From NCBI GenBank assembly GCA_964016885.1, contig OZ024744.1, positions 35,154,001 through 35,218,000 of the forward strand: a stretch of DNA of 64,000 nucleotides, in the 5' to 3' direction. The notes under the pieces were generated by a model that worked only from the letters and a program-made list of their open reading frames with translations, had not been told where the DNA came from and made no database searches. Within the stretch, counting starts at the first letter, position 1; the number at the start of each line of letters is the position of its first letter. Positions 39,331-51,228 of the stretch are shown piece by piece. The position numbers and the translations under genes were made by a program. This DNA is from Eledone cirrhosa. Lineage: Eukaryota.

Positions 39331-40293
39331 AAGCACCCAGCACTCACTGTAAATGAGTTTTGTGTTAGGAAGGGCATCCAGCTGTAGAAATCAAGCCAGA
39401 ATTAGTTCCCGTCCCACCCTTGCAAGCAGGGAAAAGTGGACGTAAAATGAAATGATGATATATATATATATACCCTTGCAAGCAGGGAAAAGTGGATGTA
39501 AAATGATGATGATGATGATGATGATATATATATATATATATGATGGAGGCACATGGCGTAGTGTTTAGAGCATTGGCCTTGTAATCGAAAGGTTGTGAGT
39601 TCAATTCTCAGACTGGGTGATGTGTTGTTTCCTTGAGCAAGACACTTTATTTCACATTGCTCCAATTTACTCAGCTGTTGATATGAGATGATAGGGACTG
39701 GAGTCCCTATCATTCCACTGCAAAGTGGTCGTGGAGGTGCTATGGCAAAAAAGCACCCAGCACTCACTGTAAATGAGGTTGGTGTTAGGAAGGGCATCCA
39801 GCTGTAGAAATCAAGCCAGAATCAGTTCCCGTCCCACCCTTGCAAGCAGGGAAAAGTGGACGTAAAATGATGATGATGATATAAACACACACACAAACAC
39901 ACAAAAATAATGAATATAAAACAAGAGATGAAGACTAGTGCTTAATTTGATAATTGCTTTACGATCATTTCATGATAAATCGTTATATTTACTAATTGAT
40001 AGTGGTTATGCCACCGCATATTACAAGTCTTGATATTCTAGATCCATCTCACCATCTTCCGTGCTCAAACCACAGACACGTCTGCCCTTGGCAACAGTAA
40101 AAAAAGAATGAGGGGCCCACACTGGTAGTCCTACCACCTATGTGATGTTTCTCAGCCTTTTACTTTCAGCAGGAAACCCAACGATATCTTTAAGCTTCAT
40201 ACTTCTGGTAAGGCACCCTTAATTCCACAGGGAAGAGAACTCAGGCTTGTGAGAAGAGATATAATGTATTTTAATATAGTCTGATGATTACAA

Positions 40294-40357
40294 ATTCATA
40301 CTACACATGTTTCAAAGCTTGGGCATATATGCACAATTTTTTTTATCAGGTATGAAT
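40294..40357 (-). ncRNA. Degenerate type I hammerhead ribozyme
   Basis: attcatac-CUGAUAA-stem II-GAAA-catgtg-UA/gtatgaat: 8-bp stem I intact, core G8 changed to A. Confidence 0.55.
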
Positions 40358-41569
40358 ATTTGTAAAATGTCTGTGTCAGTGAAACTATGAGATAATGCAA
40401 TATTATGTGAGATTTTCATGGAGAGCTGATTTATGATGGAAGGGGTTTAAGTATATTGGATTTTGTCCTGAGTTATTTCTCCTCTGAGATAGTTGAGCTC
40501 CTCGAAGGAAAATGGTAAATTTGAAAATATTGATGGCTAAACTGAATGCCTGTGTAAATTGTGTAAAAGTGTGTAAATTGATTTATGCACACACATACAC
40601 CCACAAACATATATATACATATATATGTATTAAGCCTATAATGTCTGAGGTGTCAGTTGTAGTGAGCAGGAGAGGGGATTGAAATAGTATGGACATGTGA
40701 AGCATATGGAGGATGACAGCTATATAAAAAGATGTAAGCCACTCAAAGTCAATGGAAACTATGGAAGAGGAAAACCTAGGAAAATTTGGGATGAAGTCAT
40801 AAAAGCTGACCTTGCACATTTAAACCTCACAAAGGAGATGGCACAGGCATTGTGTTGTACTGCAGAAGACCTGCCTTCCCATGGACACATGATGAAACAA
40901 ACATGTAGAGGACACCAGCCTGCACCAATTCTTTCTTTAGCCCTCCACATTCAGCATCAGTCTTATACCCCACCCTCACCAGCTAAATATCCAATGCACC
41001 TTGTCCATGTCAAACTTGCTTCCTTGTTCCCCCTTCTCTTCACCCTTGATATACCTCTCCTGCCCAGCCCATACATATAAGCATAGAAAGCTGGACACTC
41101 TATATTTGCACTCACGCAAAGCTGTTGTCACAACAAAGAAAGCACATATTCCACCCTGTGTGGTGATCTGGTGCCACAAGAAAAACATCCAGTCCACCTT
41201 GTCAGGTGGTCATGCTGGTGACATGACAAAAAATTCCCAATCTATTCTGTAAAGTGGTCGTTTTGGTGCCATAATAAAAGCAACTAGTCCACCCTGTAAA
41301 GTGGTAGGTGTTAGGAAGGGTATCCAGCTGTAGAAATCAAGACGTGGTCAGCTGATCTGCCTTGTCTCACAATGTAACAACCTGTCTAACCTCTGCAAAC
41401 ATGGAAAAATAGATTTTAAATATTGGTGATGATGTTGATGATTGATAACCATATATACGCATACATCCTACTACATATACAATTTGGAAATTTAATCAAA
41501 GGTCTACCTGCCTATCTTTCCATCAACCTATCTATCTATCTATCTATCTATCCTAAACCTGTCTGTCGG

Positions 41570-43340
41570 TTTGTAACTTGGCACATGGAGAAGCAAACCC
41601 ATGCTGTCTGACAGTGTTGGATACTGGATGGAAGGACCAGTAAAATTGCTCAGGGTCTGGTTTGGTCCAGATCTCCAGGTGGACAAAAACTGGAACGAGG
41701 TCACGGGGAAGGTGTTTGCATTCACTCAGAAGTGGGCTGAGTGCAAACTCTCCTTAAAAGGTCGAGCACTTACATAACATCCCTCATCTACTACCGCTTG
41801 ACGGTCGTGCCTTGTCCCCGCGATCACCTCACCAAAATGGAATGTCTTCTCTTCAAGTTCCTTTGGAAGAAACAGGCTCCGTTGGTGAGGAGATCAATCT
41901 GTTGCCAACACCCTTATAACGGAGGGCTGGGTATGCTGTGGCTGATGATGCGTAAACACACGCTGAGGCTATGCCATCTCCAGGTATTCCTGACCGGTGA
42001 ACCAGTGGGGTTGGCGTTTGTGAGACGAGCTTTTCCACAACTCGTCTCGCTAACACAGTTGCAGTCCTGGGCCAAGCGAAGATCGAAAATGGGCGCCTGG
42101 CATCTCGTGTGCCTTCAGGCGCTCACAGCCCTCTACCAAGCGGAAACGACAATCAGCGGAGACTCCAATTCGACATTCTATAGAGAATTAGTGGATGATA
42201 AAGGTGACGATGTTCTCGGGGAGACTCTAGGCATCAAAGAGGATGAACTGACCAGTCTGTAAAAGGACCTGTCTAAGATGTGAGCAGGACATTGAAACCG
42301 TTCTGCATGCAATTGTTCAGTGCCCAGGGGTGACTGACCTGTAGAATTATGTCAAACAACTACTGTCACGTGTGGGATGCATTCAGTTGTCAGCCGAGTC
42401 CATCGTGAGGATCACCCCGCCGCCTTCATTTAAGAATGAAGGAGAAGCGGTTTTCCTCTGTCTGGTGGTTATGGAGAAAGAGGTAATATGGTGGACGAGG
42501 CTAAAAGGACTGAGGGCAAACACCTTTCTCTCCGGACGCGACGACACACTCGGAGACGCTCTGGGCATAGAGGAAGACGAACTGGCCAGTCTGTTCGGTA
42601 GGACTTTCCGCCTGGGACCGATGGACAACTTCCAAAAGTCCCTGGCCTGGCAGTGCTACCGACGAGCTCTACAGACATGGGCGCCCGGGCAGGGACCCTT
42701 CGAAAAAGATCTGTCCGAGATGCGTGCGAGACGAAGAAACCGTCGCGCACGCATTCATACACTGCCCGGGTGTCACCGACCTGTGGGGCTATGTAGAACG
42801 ACTATTGTCGCGGGTGGGACCAATCCGGTTGACCACCGAGTCCATTGTCATTATCAAACCGCCACCCTCCTTCAAAAACGAAGGAGAGGCGGTTTTCCTT
42901 TGTGTGATAGCTATGGCGAAAGAGGTTGTATGGTGGACGAGGTTAAAATGGCTGAGGTCAGACACCTTTCTCTCCGGCCAACAACTGATTCTTTTTTTCA
43001 AATACCACTTTGGAAGAAGAATCAGGATGGAGAGAGAGGTGCTGTACCCCAGCAAGTTTTATGAAAGGTGGGTGAAAGTGGCGAGAATAGCCCGAGTGAA
43101 TGGGCCTTCTCTCTATATCAGCCTTGAGGAAAAGGAGGAAGAGAGGAAAGGGGTACAAACTCCTTGTACTCCTGGAGATGAGGGTTGCACATTTTTTCGG
43201 GGGTATGTGTTACCCCTATTGGGGAAAATTGATTAACTTTTCAATTGCATTTGTGACAATATTTTACACGTTTTTATTGTATGTAAACTTACCCCTTTGT
43301 ATTTATCCCCTTCTTTTGTGCCTCTGTGGCTAATAAAGAA
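41570..43340 (+). mobile_element. Tx1/L1-type LINE 3' part with internal duplication, flanked by (TATC)n
   Basis: K.LGVWFGP, FKFLW, GGLGM, SLAWQCYR, ETVAHAFIHCP..LW (zf-RVT); ends AATAAAGAA at ~43332. Confidence 0.85.
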
Positions 43341-43969
43341 ACATATCTATCTATCTACATCAGACAGGGGCAACTTTTTCGAGTAATTGGCCACATAGGA
43401 TGTGGTTTTTCATAAGGCAGACTGCACTACTGAAAAATTCAAAGTAATTTTTGCGTACCATTCAGAAATCCAAACAGGCTACATGTGGCTCGTGGGCGGC
43501 AGTTTGCTTATGACTGATCTACATACATCGATGCCTATCTGCATACCTCCCTACCTAACTATTTACATACCTACCTGTATATCTGTCTGTCTGTTTGTCT
43601 GTTTGTCTGCCTCTCTGTTTGTCTGTTTATTTACCAGCCTGCCCTCCTGTCTGTCTGTTTACCTGTAAGTCTATGTGACTGCTGGTCTGTTGGGTTTTGT
43701 GAAACTCCCAATCCCGCAACAGACACAACACTTCAATTACTACATGAAATACATAAAAAGTAACAATATCAAAAACAAGTAAAAAAATGTTCTCACACAT
43801 ACACCTCCTCACTTAGGTATGGTAGATAACTAGGTATGTATGTGCATACGCACACACGCACATATACATACATATATATACATATATACATATATACATA
43901 TGTATCATCATCATCATCATCACCATCATCAACGTTTTTACGTCCATTTTCCAGGCTTGCATGGGTTGG

Positions 43970-44029
<60 letters not shown>

Positions 44030-44033
<4 letters not shown>

Positions 44034-44171
44034 AGTAAGTAAGACCCCGACGGCTGAGCTCAAGCCGTTTCGGCGGCTAATTCTGTACTGAATGTTATAA
44101 TGTGCTAATTCAGTACAGAATTAGCCGTCGAAACGGCTTGAGCTCAGCCGTCGGGGTCTTACTTACTCCTA
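44030..44171. repeat. Near-perfect 64-bp-arm palindrome built from the 3' half of a hammerhead motif
   Basis: 44030-44093 is the reverse complement of 44108-44171 (1 mismatch, 14-nt spacer); contains GAAA-CGGCT-tgagctc-AGCCG-TC. Confidence 0.9.
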
Positions 44172-44317
44172 TTACCCACTCTACTACCCTAAGTATTGAG
44201 TATTGGTGCGTTATGGTCCACCTGGTTCCTTACCACTTTTCCCTCGCTATATATATATATATATATATATAATAAAATAAATATGGTTTTATAAATATAG
44301 TTTCCATTTATTAATAT

Positions 44318-44386
<69 letters not shown>

Positions 44387-44465
44387 CCCAGGTAGGTTTG
44401 GTTACTCCGGAGTAATGTAAAATAAAATAAATAAGTCAAATATTTAAAATTTGGCTTCGTTTATT

Positions 44466-44520
44466 ACTGCTATATATATTTCGGTGACAGCCATCATTGG
44501 CTGTGACCTCTTCAGGCAGT
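44466..44520 (-). ncRNA. Type I minimal hammerhead ribozyme (family Z)
   Basis: actgc-CUGAAGA-ggtcacagcca(atga)tggctgtcacc-GAAA-tatata-UA/gcagt; palindromic loop 3. Confidence 0.8.
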
Positions 44521-45812
44521 CCGAATTGGTGTGGTAGAGACCCTCTTCTCCCATTGGTCAGTTGTGAGAACATTCCTCAGTCGAAAGTTTATAGAAATTC
44601 ATTCTGAGGCGGGGAAATCTGTAGTGGTTGTTTTTGTTATTGTTAAGTACAGCTGACCTCTTCCCTTATGTTGGTAGTGGTGTTGGTGTTGGGGGTCAGC
44701 TTAAGTCCTGCTGCTGCTATTTTTAGAAGAATTTGTATCTGTGTGTTGGCATCTATCCTGCCACCATTTCTCGTGGTGGTGGTGGTGGTGGTGGGGTGGG
44801 GTGGGGGTGTTTGTGCCAAGCATATGAAGAAATAAGATAAAATAAAGTAAAAGGGGGGAAATAAAAGGCAATAAAATGAAGAAAATAAAAAATAAAAAAT
44901 AAAAAATAAAAAATAAAAAATAAAAAATAAAAAATAAAAAATAAAAAATAAAAAATAAAAAATAAAAAATAAAAAAAATAAAGAGAAAAATAAAATGAAA
45001 TGAAAAGGTAAAAAACTAAAAAATAAAAGAATAAAATAAAGAAATAAAAAAGTAAAATAAAATACAATAAAATAAGATAAAATAAAATAAGAAAATAAAT
45101 AAACCAACAAAATGATAAAATAGTAAAAGGAATAAGATAATGAAAGAATAAAATAAGATAATCAAATAAAATGCGTGTGTGTGACCGAAGTAGAAAGGCT
45201 GTCAGAATCAATCTTTACACTATCATGGTGTGGTGCGTTTTAAGAGCAAATGAGACAAGGGTGGAGTGAAATACCCCAGAACCCGAGTGTTAAAATCCGG
45301 AAATGCAGTTCCCATTTTGGCATAGAGCACATATGCGTGTATGTCAACTCACATCGTTCCAAGCACACATGCACAGGCACAGGCCCAGGTGCATCCCCTA
45401 AGCACACACACACATACACATTATAACCCCCCCCCCCCACACACACACACATACACACACGTACACACACCCACACCCACATGCATACGCACACCCACAC
45501 CCACACGCACACGCACATGTAAGTATCTGTGCATGTACAATCTTAAATAACAGTATCTATATATGGACATATGTATAAGTATGTGTTGTCACAGGAGTCG
45601 ATCGAGGCAGGGGTATGGTGGGGCTGCTGTCCTTATAGCTAGAGGGAAGTTCCCACTACCAACATAAGGGAGGAGGTCAGCTGTACTTAACAATAACAAA
45701 AACAACCACTACAGATTGCCTCGCCTCAGAATGAATTTCTTTAGACTTTTGACTGAGGAATGTTCTCACAACTGACCAATGGGAGGAGAGGGTCTCTACC
45801 ACACCAATTCGG

Positions 45813-45867
45813 ACTGCCTGAGGAGGTCACAGCCAAAGATGGCTGTCACCGAAATATATATAGCAGT
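45813..45867 (+). ncRNA. Type I minimal hammerhead ribozyme (family Z)
   Basis: actgc-CUGAGGA-ggtcacagcca(aaga)tggctgtcacc-GAAA-tatata-UA/gcagt; predicted cleavage after 45862. Confidence 0.8.
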
Positions 45868-45998
45868 AATAAACGAAGCCAAATTTTAAATATTTGACTT
45901 ATTTATTTTATTTTATATATATCCCACTCTACTACTCTAAGTATTGAGTACTCTGGTGCGTTATGGTCCATCTGGTTCCTTACCACAATTCCTTTGTT

Positions 45999-46068
<70 letters not shown>

Positions 46069-46551
46069 GACTCTTTATAATATACATATAAGGAAAATGA
46101 TAAAAAAAGGTTTGGAAAACGCATCTGGTACATATATAAAAGGTCTTTATAACATGTACAACAATTGATGTTAAAAATTGATGTCTAACAAAGCCCGCTT
46201 TCTCTATATTGGATTATCAAAACATTTGTTATTTAGTGAAATTGTTTTTCCTCGTTAAAACTCCTGTGGTTGAGAATCAGCATGCTGTGATTCATCTACG
46301 TACCTAATCTATGATAGCAAGTCCCTTGGCTTAATGGTTAAAAGTTCCTAGCTGATATTGGGGAGATATGGGGTTTGATTCCTCATAACAGCTGATAACA
46401 ACTTCGTTTTCCCTATTTTAAGGGTTTTCCCCCTATTTTATAAGCTATTTTGTAGCATCTCTGCACATGAGCACATCATTTGTTATATTAACTTTATTTT
46501 CTCAGCGCTTTGAAGGAGTTTGAGAGATCAGCTATGTATACATAAATATAT

Positions 46552-47087
46552 ATTAGGATTGGCGCTCTGAAATAGCTATATATATATGAATGTATATATA
46601 GTGTATTTTGCAATACACTGTATGCTTATTAAAAGCATTTCGAAGACCTTATGCTATTGTTTTAGAGTAGTGACAGTCTCACTTACTTTAAATTTTCAGC
46701 AAACAGGCGAGATAAAGCTGACAGAGCTATGTTTCGTACTGATTGGTACTTATCAAAGCCAAGTACTCCACCTGTTTGCTGAAAATCATGAATGTTTGAT
46801 TCTTATAGAATTTCTAGTAAATAATCAGGAACTGATTATACAGAGCGGTTGCCGATCAAGCAGAAATTGAAAATTAGGATTGGCGCTCTGAAATAGCAAT
46901 ATATATATGAATGTATATATAGCGTATTTTGCAATACACTGTATGCTTAATTAAAAGCATTTCGAAGACCTTTTGCTATTGTTTTAGAGTAAGTGAGACT
47001 GTCACTACTCTAAAACAATAGCATAAGGTCTTCGAAATGCTTTTAATTAAGCATACAGTGTATTGCAAAATACACTATATATACATT
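46552..47087. repeat. Direct plus inverted repeat unit (Penelope pseudo-LTR-like architecture)
   Basis: 46552-46670 repeated at 46873-46991 (period 321), then 46988-47087 is the reverse complement of 46588-46687. Confidence 0.8.
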
Positions 47088-47129
47088 TATAAATATATAT
47101 ATTTTATAGGAATTCTTTGCCGTAAGGCT

Positions 47130-47510
47130 AAGCTTATCCAAGGGCAAAGAATCCCCATAATAGTATCTACACTCCACAGTCCTCCCTCTTGCAATCTATA
47201 GTTTCTTCTTATACCCAGATTTTCGCCCAACTCATCAGTGCTCCATTGTTCATACACTTCAATATTGCACATCCATTTGCATAGACTTGATGAATTTCTC
47301 CTCCTCCTTGTCACATCCTTGTCACATGTAATATTGCACATCACATACAGCAAACCTTTCATTCATAAAGAGAAGCCTTATGTTGTCAACGATAGTAGCT
47401 CCGTTAAATTTTCCATCTGGATTTTATTCTAGCTATTATTCTCTCAGAGCAACTTCTAATTAGATCACCTAGGTAGCAGAAGCTATCAACCACTTCTATG
47501 GAACCTTTAT
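47130..47510 (-). mobile_element. Decayed RTE LINE fragment
   Basis: GSIEVVDSFCYLGDLI, KWMCNI.V.E..S.DELGE.LGIR. Confidence 0.65.
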
Positions 47511-47689
47511 GGGATTGGGAAAAGTATATTTTGCTGCTGCTCTTACTACCAACTATCACTGAACATCTACCATAGTCTGTACACATCATACAAGGTTTGT
47601 CCCAACAGTAAAAGTACTGATGTTTTAAATCTATATTAGATGTACATCAACTCACAAGTTATCTCCTTCAACAGTTATTTCCTGTAGGA

Positions 47690-48410
47690 AATGACTCACT
47701 GGTTCCAGCATCTTTTCCATTTATTGTAACAATACTGGCAGTCATTTTCTGTAAATGTCCTTAGCTCGTTGGTTACAATTTTTTGTGTTTTCCACAGTCC
47801 CAAACTAATGACCCTTCAATTTCAATTTCAAATTAGGGAAGATGGAGAAATCCCATGGAGCTAGATCTGGGCTGTAGGGAGGATATGGAAGAGTGGGAAT
47901 GTTTTTCTTTGCCAGAAATTTTCTAATTGAAAGTGCTGTGTGAGCAGGTGTGTTAACATGGTGCAGGTGTGTTAACATGGTGCACTACTCTGCAATGTCT
48001 GTTTGGACTCACTGGACCCGTTTTCGAAGTCACTCCAAGACATCTTTTCTGAAGGTGCGATCAACTATTTGTCTTGGTTGTAAAAATTCTTTGTAAATGG
48101 CCATCCAAAAAATGATAATCATTGTTTTCATCCTGGATCTGCTTATGCCAGCTTTCTTCAGATGAGGAAAAGTTTTCGTGTACCACTTCTCACTTTGCAG
48201 ATCTGACTGATCAGGCAATATGCAATATACAAATCAGGTCAATCAGTCACGGGATATTTCAGAAAATATTATATATTTTCACTAGCTCTGACAGTTGGCA
48301 GGTAAGTAGTATACGGTACTAATAAAGGGTAATCACCCAGAAACATTAGTGTCTGCAGTTCTGTTTACATGCCAATACAAGAGCATGAATGAAGGTTCAT
48401 TCTACTGACA
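47690..48410 (-). mobile_element. Decayed mariner-type transposase remnant
   Basis: KKAGISRSRMKTMIIIF, YKEFL, and cctacagcccagatctagctccatgggatttc (PYSPDLAP.DF motif) on the minus strand. Confidence 0.7.
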
Positions 48411-48481
48411 TGGCTTAAAGAGGTTGTTTGCATAATTGCAAATGAATCGAATATTATTATTAATATTCGAAAAACTTAGAT

Positions 48482-48534
<53 letters not shown>

Positions 48535-48539
<5 letters not shown>

Positions 48540-48970
48540 CTTTTATCCCCAAACCGAAAAGGTCTCAAAACTGAACATGTTTGCAGGATGTCGTTTGCAC
48601 ACCAAAACTCGTGTTTGGCGCCAAACTCGACCCGAAACAATCCATAGTCAACCCAGATCACGCAGTTGTGTCTCAGTGCCCCTACCAGTCAGACGCACGT
48701 CATCTCCGCTGCACACAGAAATTTTGTTTATTTTTTTGTTTATTTTTTTTTTACTTTGAAGAATGAAAATATGAAAGAGAGCCGCAGATTCTCTCTGGTT
48801 AACAGACGCAGAAAAGGAAGCGTCTGTCATTGTCAATAGCAGAGAAAGTAGAGTTTTTGCAGAAGCTTGATCAAGGTGAATCTGTGTGGTGTCTTACTGA
48901 AGATTGTATTGTGGGAACTACCACCATATATGACCTAAAGAAACAGAAACAAGTTTGAGCAAGTTTATGT
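48535..48970 (+). mobile_element. pogo/Tigger-like transposon 5' fragment (CENP-B-type psq HTH)
   Basis: KRKRLSLSIAEKVEFLQKLDQGESV..LTE...VGTTTIYDLKKQK read at ~48812-48950. Confidence 0.7.
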
Positions 48971-49128
48971 TTAAAGTTTTACTTAATGATTTAGCTTTCT
49001 TTTTTTTATTATTTATTCAGTGGATTCAAGAATTCCTGAGTCCATATAGCCCCGCTAGAGTGACAAGAGAGCACTACTTCCCTTACTGGGTAACTGCCGG
49101 GATTGAGGCGCAAACTCGCGACATTGTG

Positions 49129-49170
<42 letters not shown>

Positions 49171-49178
49171 CACACACG

Positions 49179-49222
<44 letters not shown>

Positions 49223-49326
49223 CAAAAGGGATATTTAATTTGTTGGTAATTCAACAAATATATCCAGGAAAAACATGAACCTTTAAGATCTTCCTGGATA
49301 TGTCAATATTTATAAAACAAACTTTG

Positions 49327-49387
49327 TATTTTATCTGATGAGAGCGTACCAAAGTGTTGGTACCCTTGAAATATATATAATAGAATA
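49327..49387 (+). ncRNA. Type I minimal hammerhead ribozyme (family Y)
   Basis: tattttat-CUGAUGA-gagcgtaccaa(agtg)ttggtaccctt-GAAA-tatata-UA/atagaata; 8-bp stem I; predicted cleavage after 49379. Confidence 0.8.
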
Positions 49388-49470
49388 AATATGGTTTTAT
49401 AAATATAGTTTATATATATATATATATATATGACAAGTAAGTATGTTTTGAAACAGTGAGCAGGTTTGAA

Positions 49471-49778
49471 ATTAGAAAATAGAATAGCTTTCACCGTATT
49501 TTTTACTAAAGAAATTTTAGGCTGATAATGGGGTTTAGAACCCTCAGATAAATGGAAAAAGATGAGTATTGACGTACATGGGAGTCGAACCCACATCTTT
49601 GGTTATCCAGACCACTGTGCTAATGGTAGCACAGTGGTCTGGATAACCAAAGATGTCGGTTCGACTCCCATGTACGTCAATACTCATCTTTTTCCATTTA
49701 TCTGAGGGTTCTAAACCCCATTATCAGCCTAAAATTTCTTTAGTAAAAAATACGGTGAAAGCTATTCTATTTTCTAAT
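49471..49778. repeat. 152-bp-arm snap-back palindrome centred in a tRNA-like sequence
   Basis: 49471-49622 is the reverse complement of 49627-49778 (1 mismatch seen, 4-nt loop); contains B box GGTTCGACTCC followed by TTTTT. Confidence 0.9.
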
Positions 49779-49796
49779 ATATATATATATATATAT

Positions 49797-50509
49797 AATA
49801 AGATGTTGTGAAACACTCCAAAACTGTCTAGTTGTTACTAGGCGATTGCCCAATATAGGTCTGTTATTTTTCTTAATTTAATATTTAAAATTAAGTCTGA
49901 CAAACCATATTGCTGTAGTTAGTATTTTTTCACCCTAACAAACTTGGTCCTTACGATTCGAACACATGTATGTTTATATTAGTGTTCATCTCTCTTGTTT
50001 ATTCAATTATATTGTACGGCTCAGAAAAGCTTTTTTCTTAGAGTTATTTAATTGTAAGAGACTACTCTGAGTTTCTAACTCACTATATATTTGTTGGCTC
50101 CATCACGTAGAGCTAATTTTAATGTCCTGTTAACCAGGCTGCTTATTTTAGCGGCATGGAATTTTGAGACATGCTGGGTTCCGAAGACACGTGTGATAAT
50201 TCTTATCGCACGCAATTCAGTCTATAATATTTTTAGAAGTGGAAGGATCACTAATTTCTCAACAATTACTGAGGAGCAGAGAAAAGAGTGGACTTCACTT
50301 AATAAGATGTTGCGAAACAGTCTCCAAAACTGTCTAGTTGTTACTAGACGATCGCCCAGTATACGTCTGTTATTTTTCTAAATTAATATTTAAAATTAAG
50401 TCTGACAAACCATATTGCTGTAGTTAGTAGTTTTTCACCCTAACAAACTTGGTCCTTACAATTCGAACACATGTATGTTTATATTAGTGTTCATCTCTCT
50501 TGTTTATTC

Positions 50510-50517
<8 letters not shown>
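49797..50517 (+). mobile_element. Non-coding retrozyme-like element: ~216-bp direct repeats overlapping a hammerhead, inserted in (TA)n
   Basis: 49797-50012 is repeated at 50301-50517; HHR cleavage-site equivalents at 49828 and 50334 (506 nt apart); no recognisable protein. Confidence 0.7.
50261..50342 (+). ncRNA. Canonical type I hammerhead ribozyme (family W, GUC cleavage triplet)
   Basis: aacaatta-CUGAGGA-gcag...ttgc-GAAA-cagt(ctccaaa)actg-UC/tagttgtt; 8-bp stem I, 5-bp stem III. Confidence 0.85.
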
Positions 50518-50552
<35 letters not shown>

Positions 50553-50554
<2 letters not shown>

Positions 50555-50990
50555 TAAAAGGTGCAGAGCACTAGAAGTCAATGGAAACCGCGGAGTGGGG
50601 AGACCCAAGAAGACCTGGGATGAGGTGATAAAAGCCGACCATACCCAATTAAACCTCTCAAAGGCGATGACACACGACCGTGACCTCTGGCGTCACGCAG
50701 TAATACAGAGTACCCGACCTCCCATGGGTACAAGCTGACGCATATAGACAATATGCCCTCACACCCTCCCACTGCAAAGTGGTCGTGGAAGTGCCACGGC
50801 AAAAAAGCACCCAGCACTCACTGTAAATGAGGTTGTTGTTAGGAAGGGCATCCAGCTGTAGAAATCAAGCCAAAATCAGTTCCTGTATGAGCAAGGCATG
50901 GTCAGCCGACCAGACACTGCCCACAACAGGACAACCCGTCTAACCCATGCTAGCATGGAAGAACGGACGTAAAACGGTGATGATGATGAT
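50553..50990 (+). mobile_element. RTE LINE 3' end (same subfamily as 13960-15582)
   Basis: KRCRALEVNGNRGVGRPKKTWDEVIK plus 3' UTR and (TGA)n tail. Confidence 0.85.
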
Positions 50991-51079
50991 ATTAATATAT
51001 ATGGGATTTTTACATAAATTTAGTTTTTGAGTACACTGAGATGCAACCAGTACTGCTAGTCCCATCAACTTATTATATG

Positions 51080-51123
<44 letters not shown>

Positions 51124-51196
51124 CACATATATATACACACATATATATATACACACATATATATACACACACACACACATATAAATGTGTGTATAT

Positions 51197-51228
<32 letters not shown>

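Noticed and set aside
40281-40380. Plus-strand hammerhead starting CTGATGA at 40281, overlapping the minus-strand one
   Set aside because: No correctly placed GAAA or stem I partner
47015-47080. Type II hammerhead (GAAA-tgctt/aagca-UA then a GCAA-capped stem)
   Set aside because: No CUGANGA core follows the stem in any of the copies
49627-49680. Functional tRNA gene
   Set aside because: The 5' acceptor strand is replaced by the inverted arm, so no complete cloverleaf can form. Other A/B-box sequences in the window are SINE heads.
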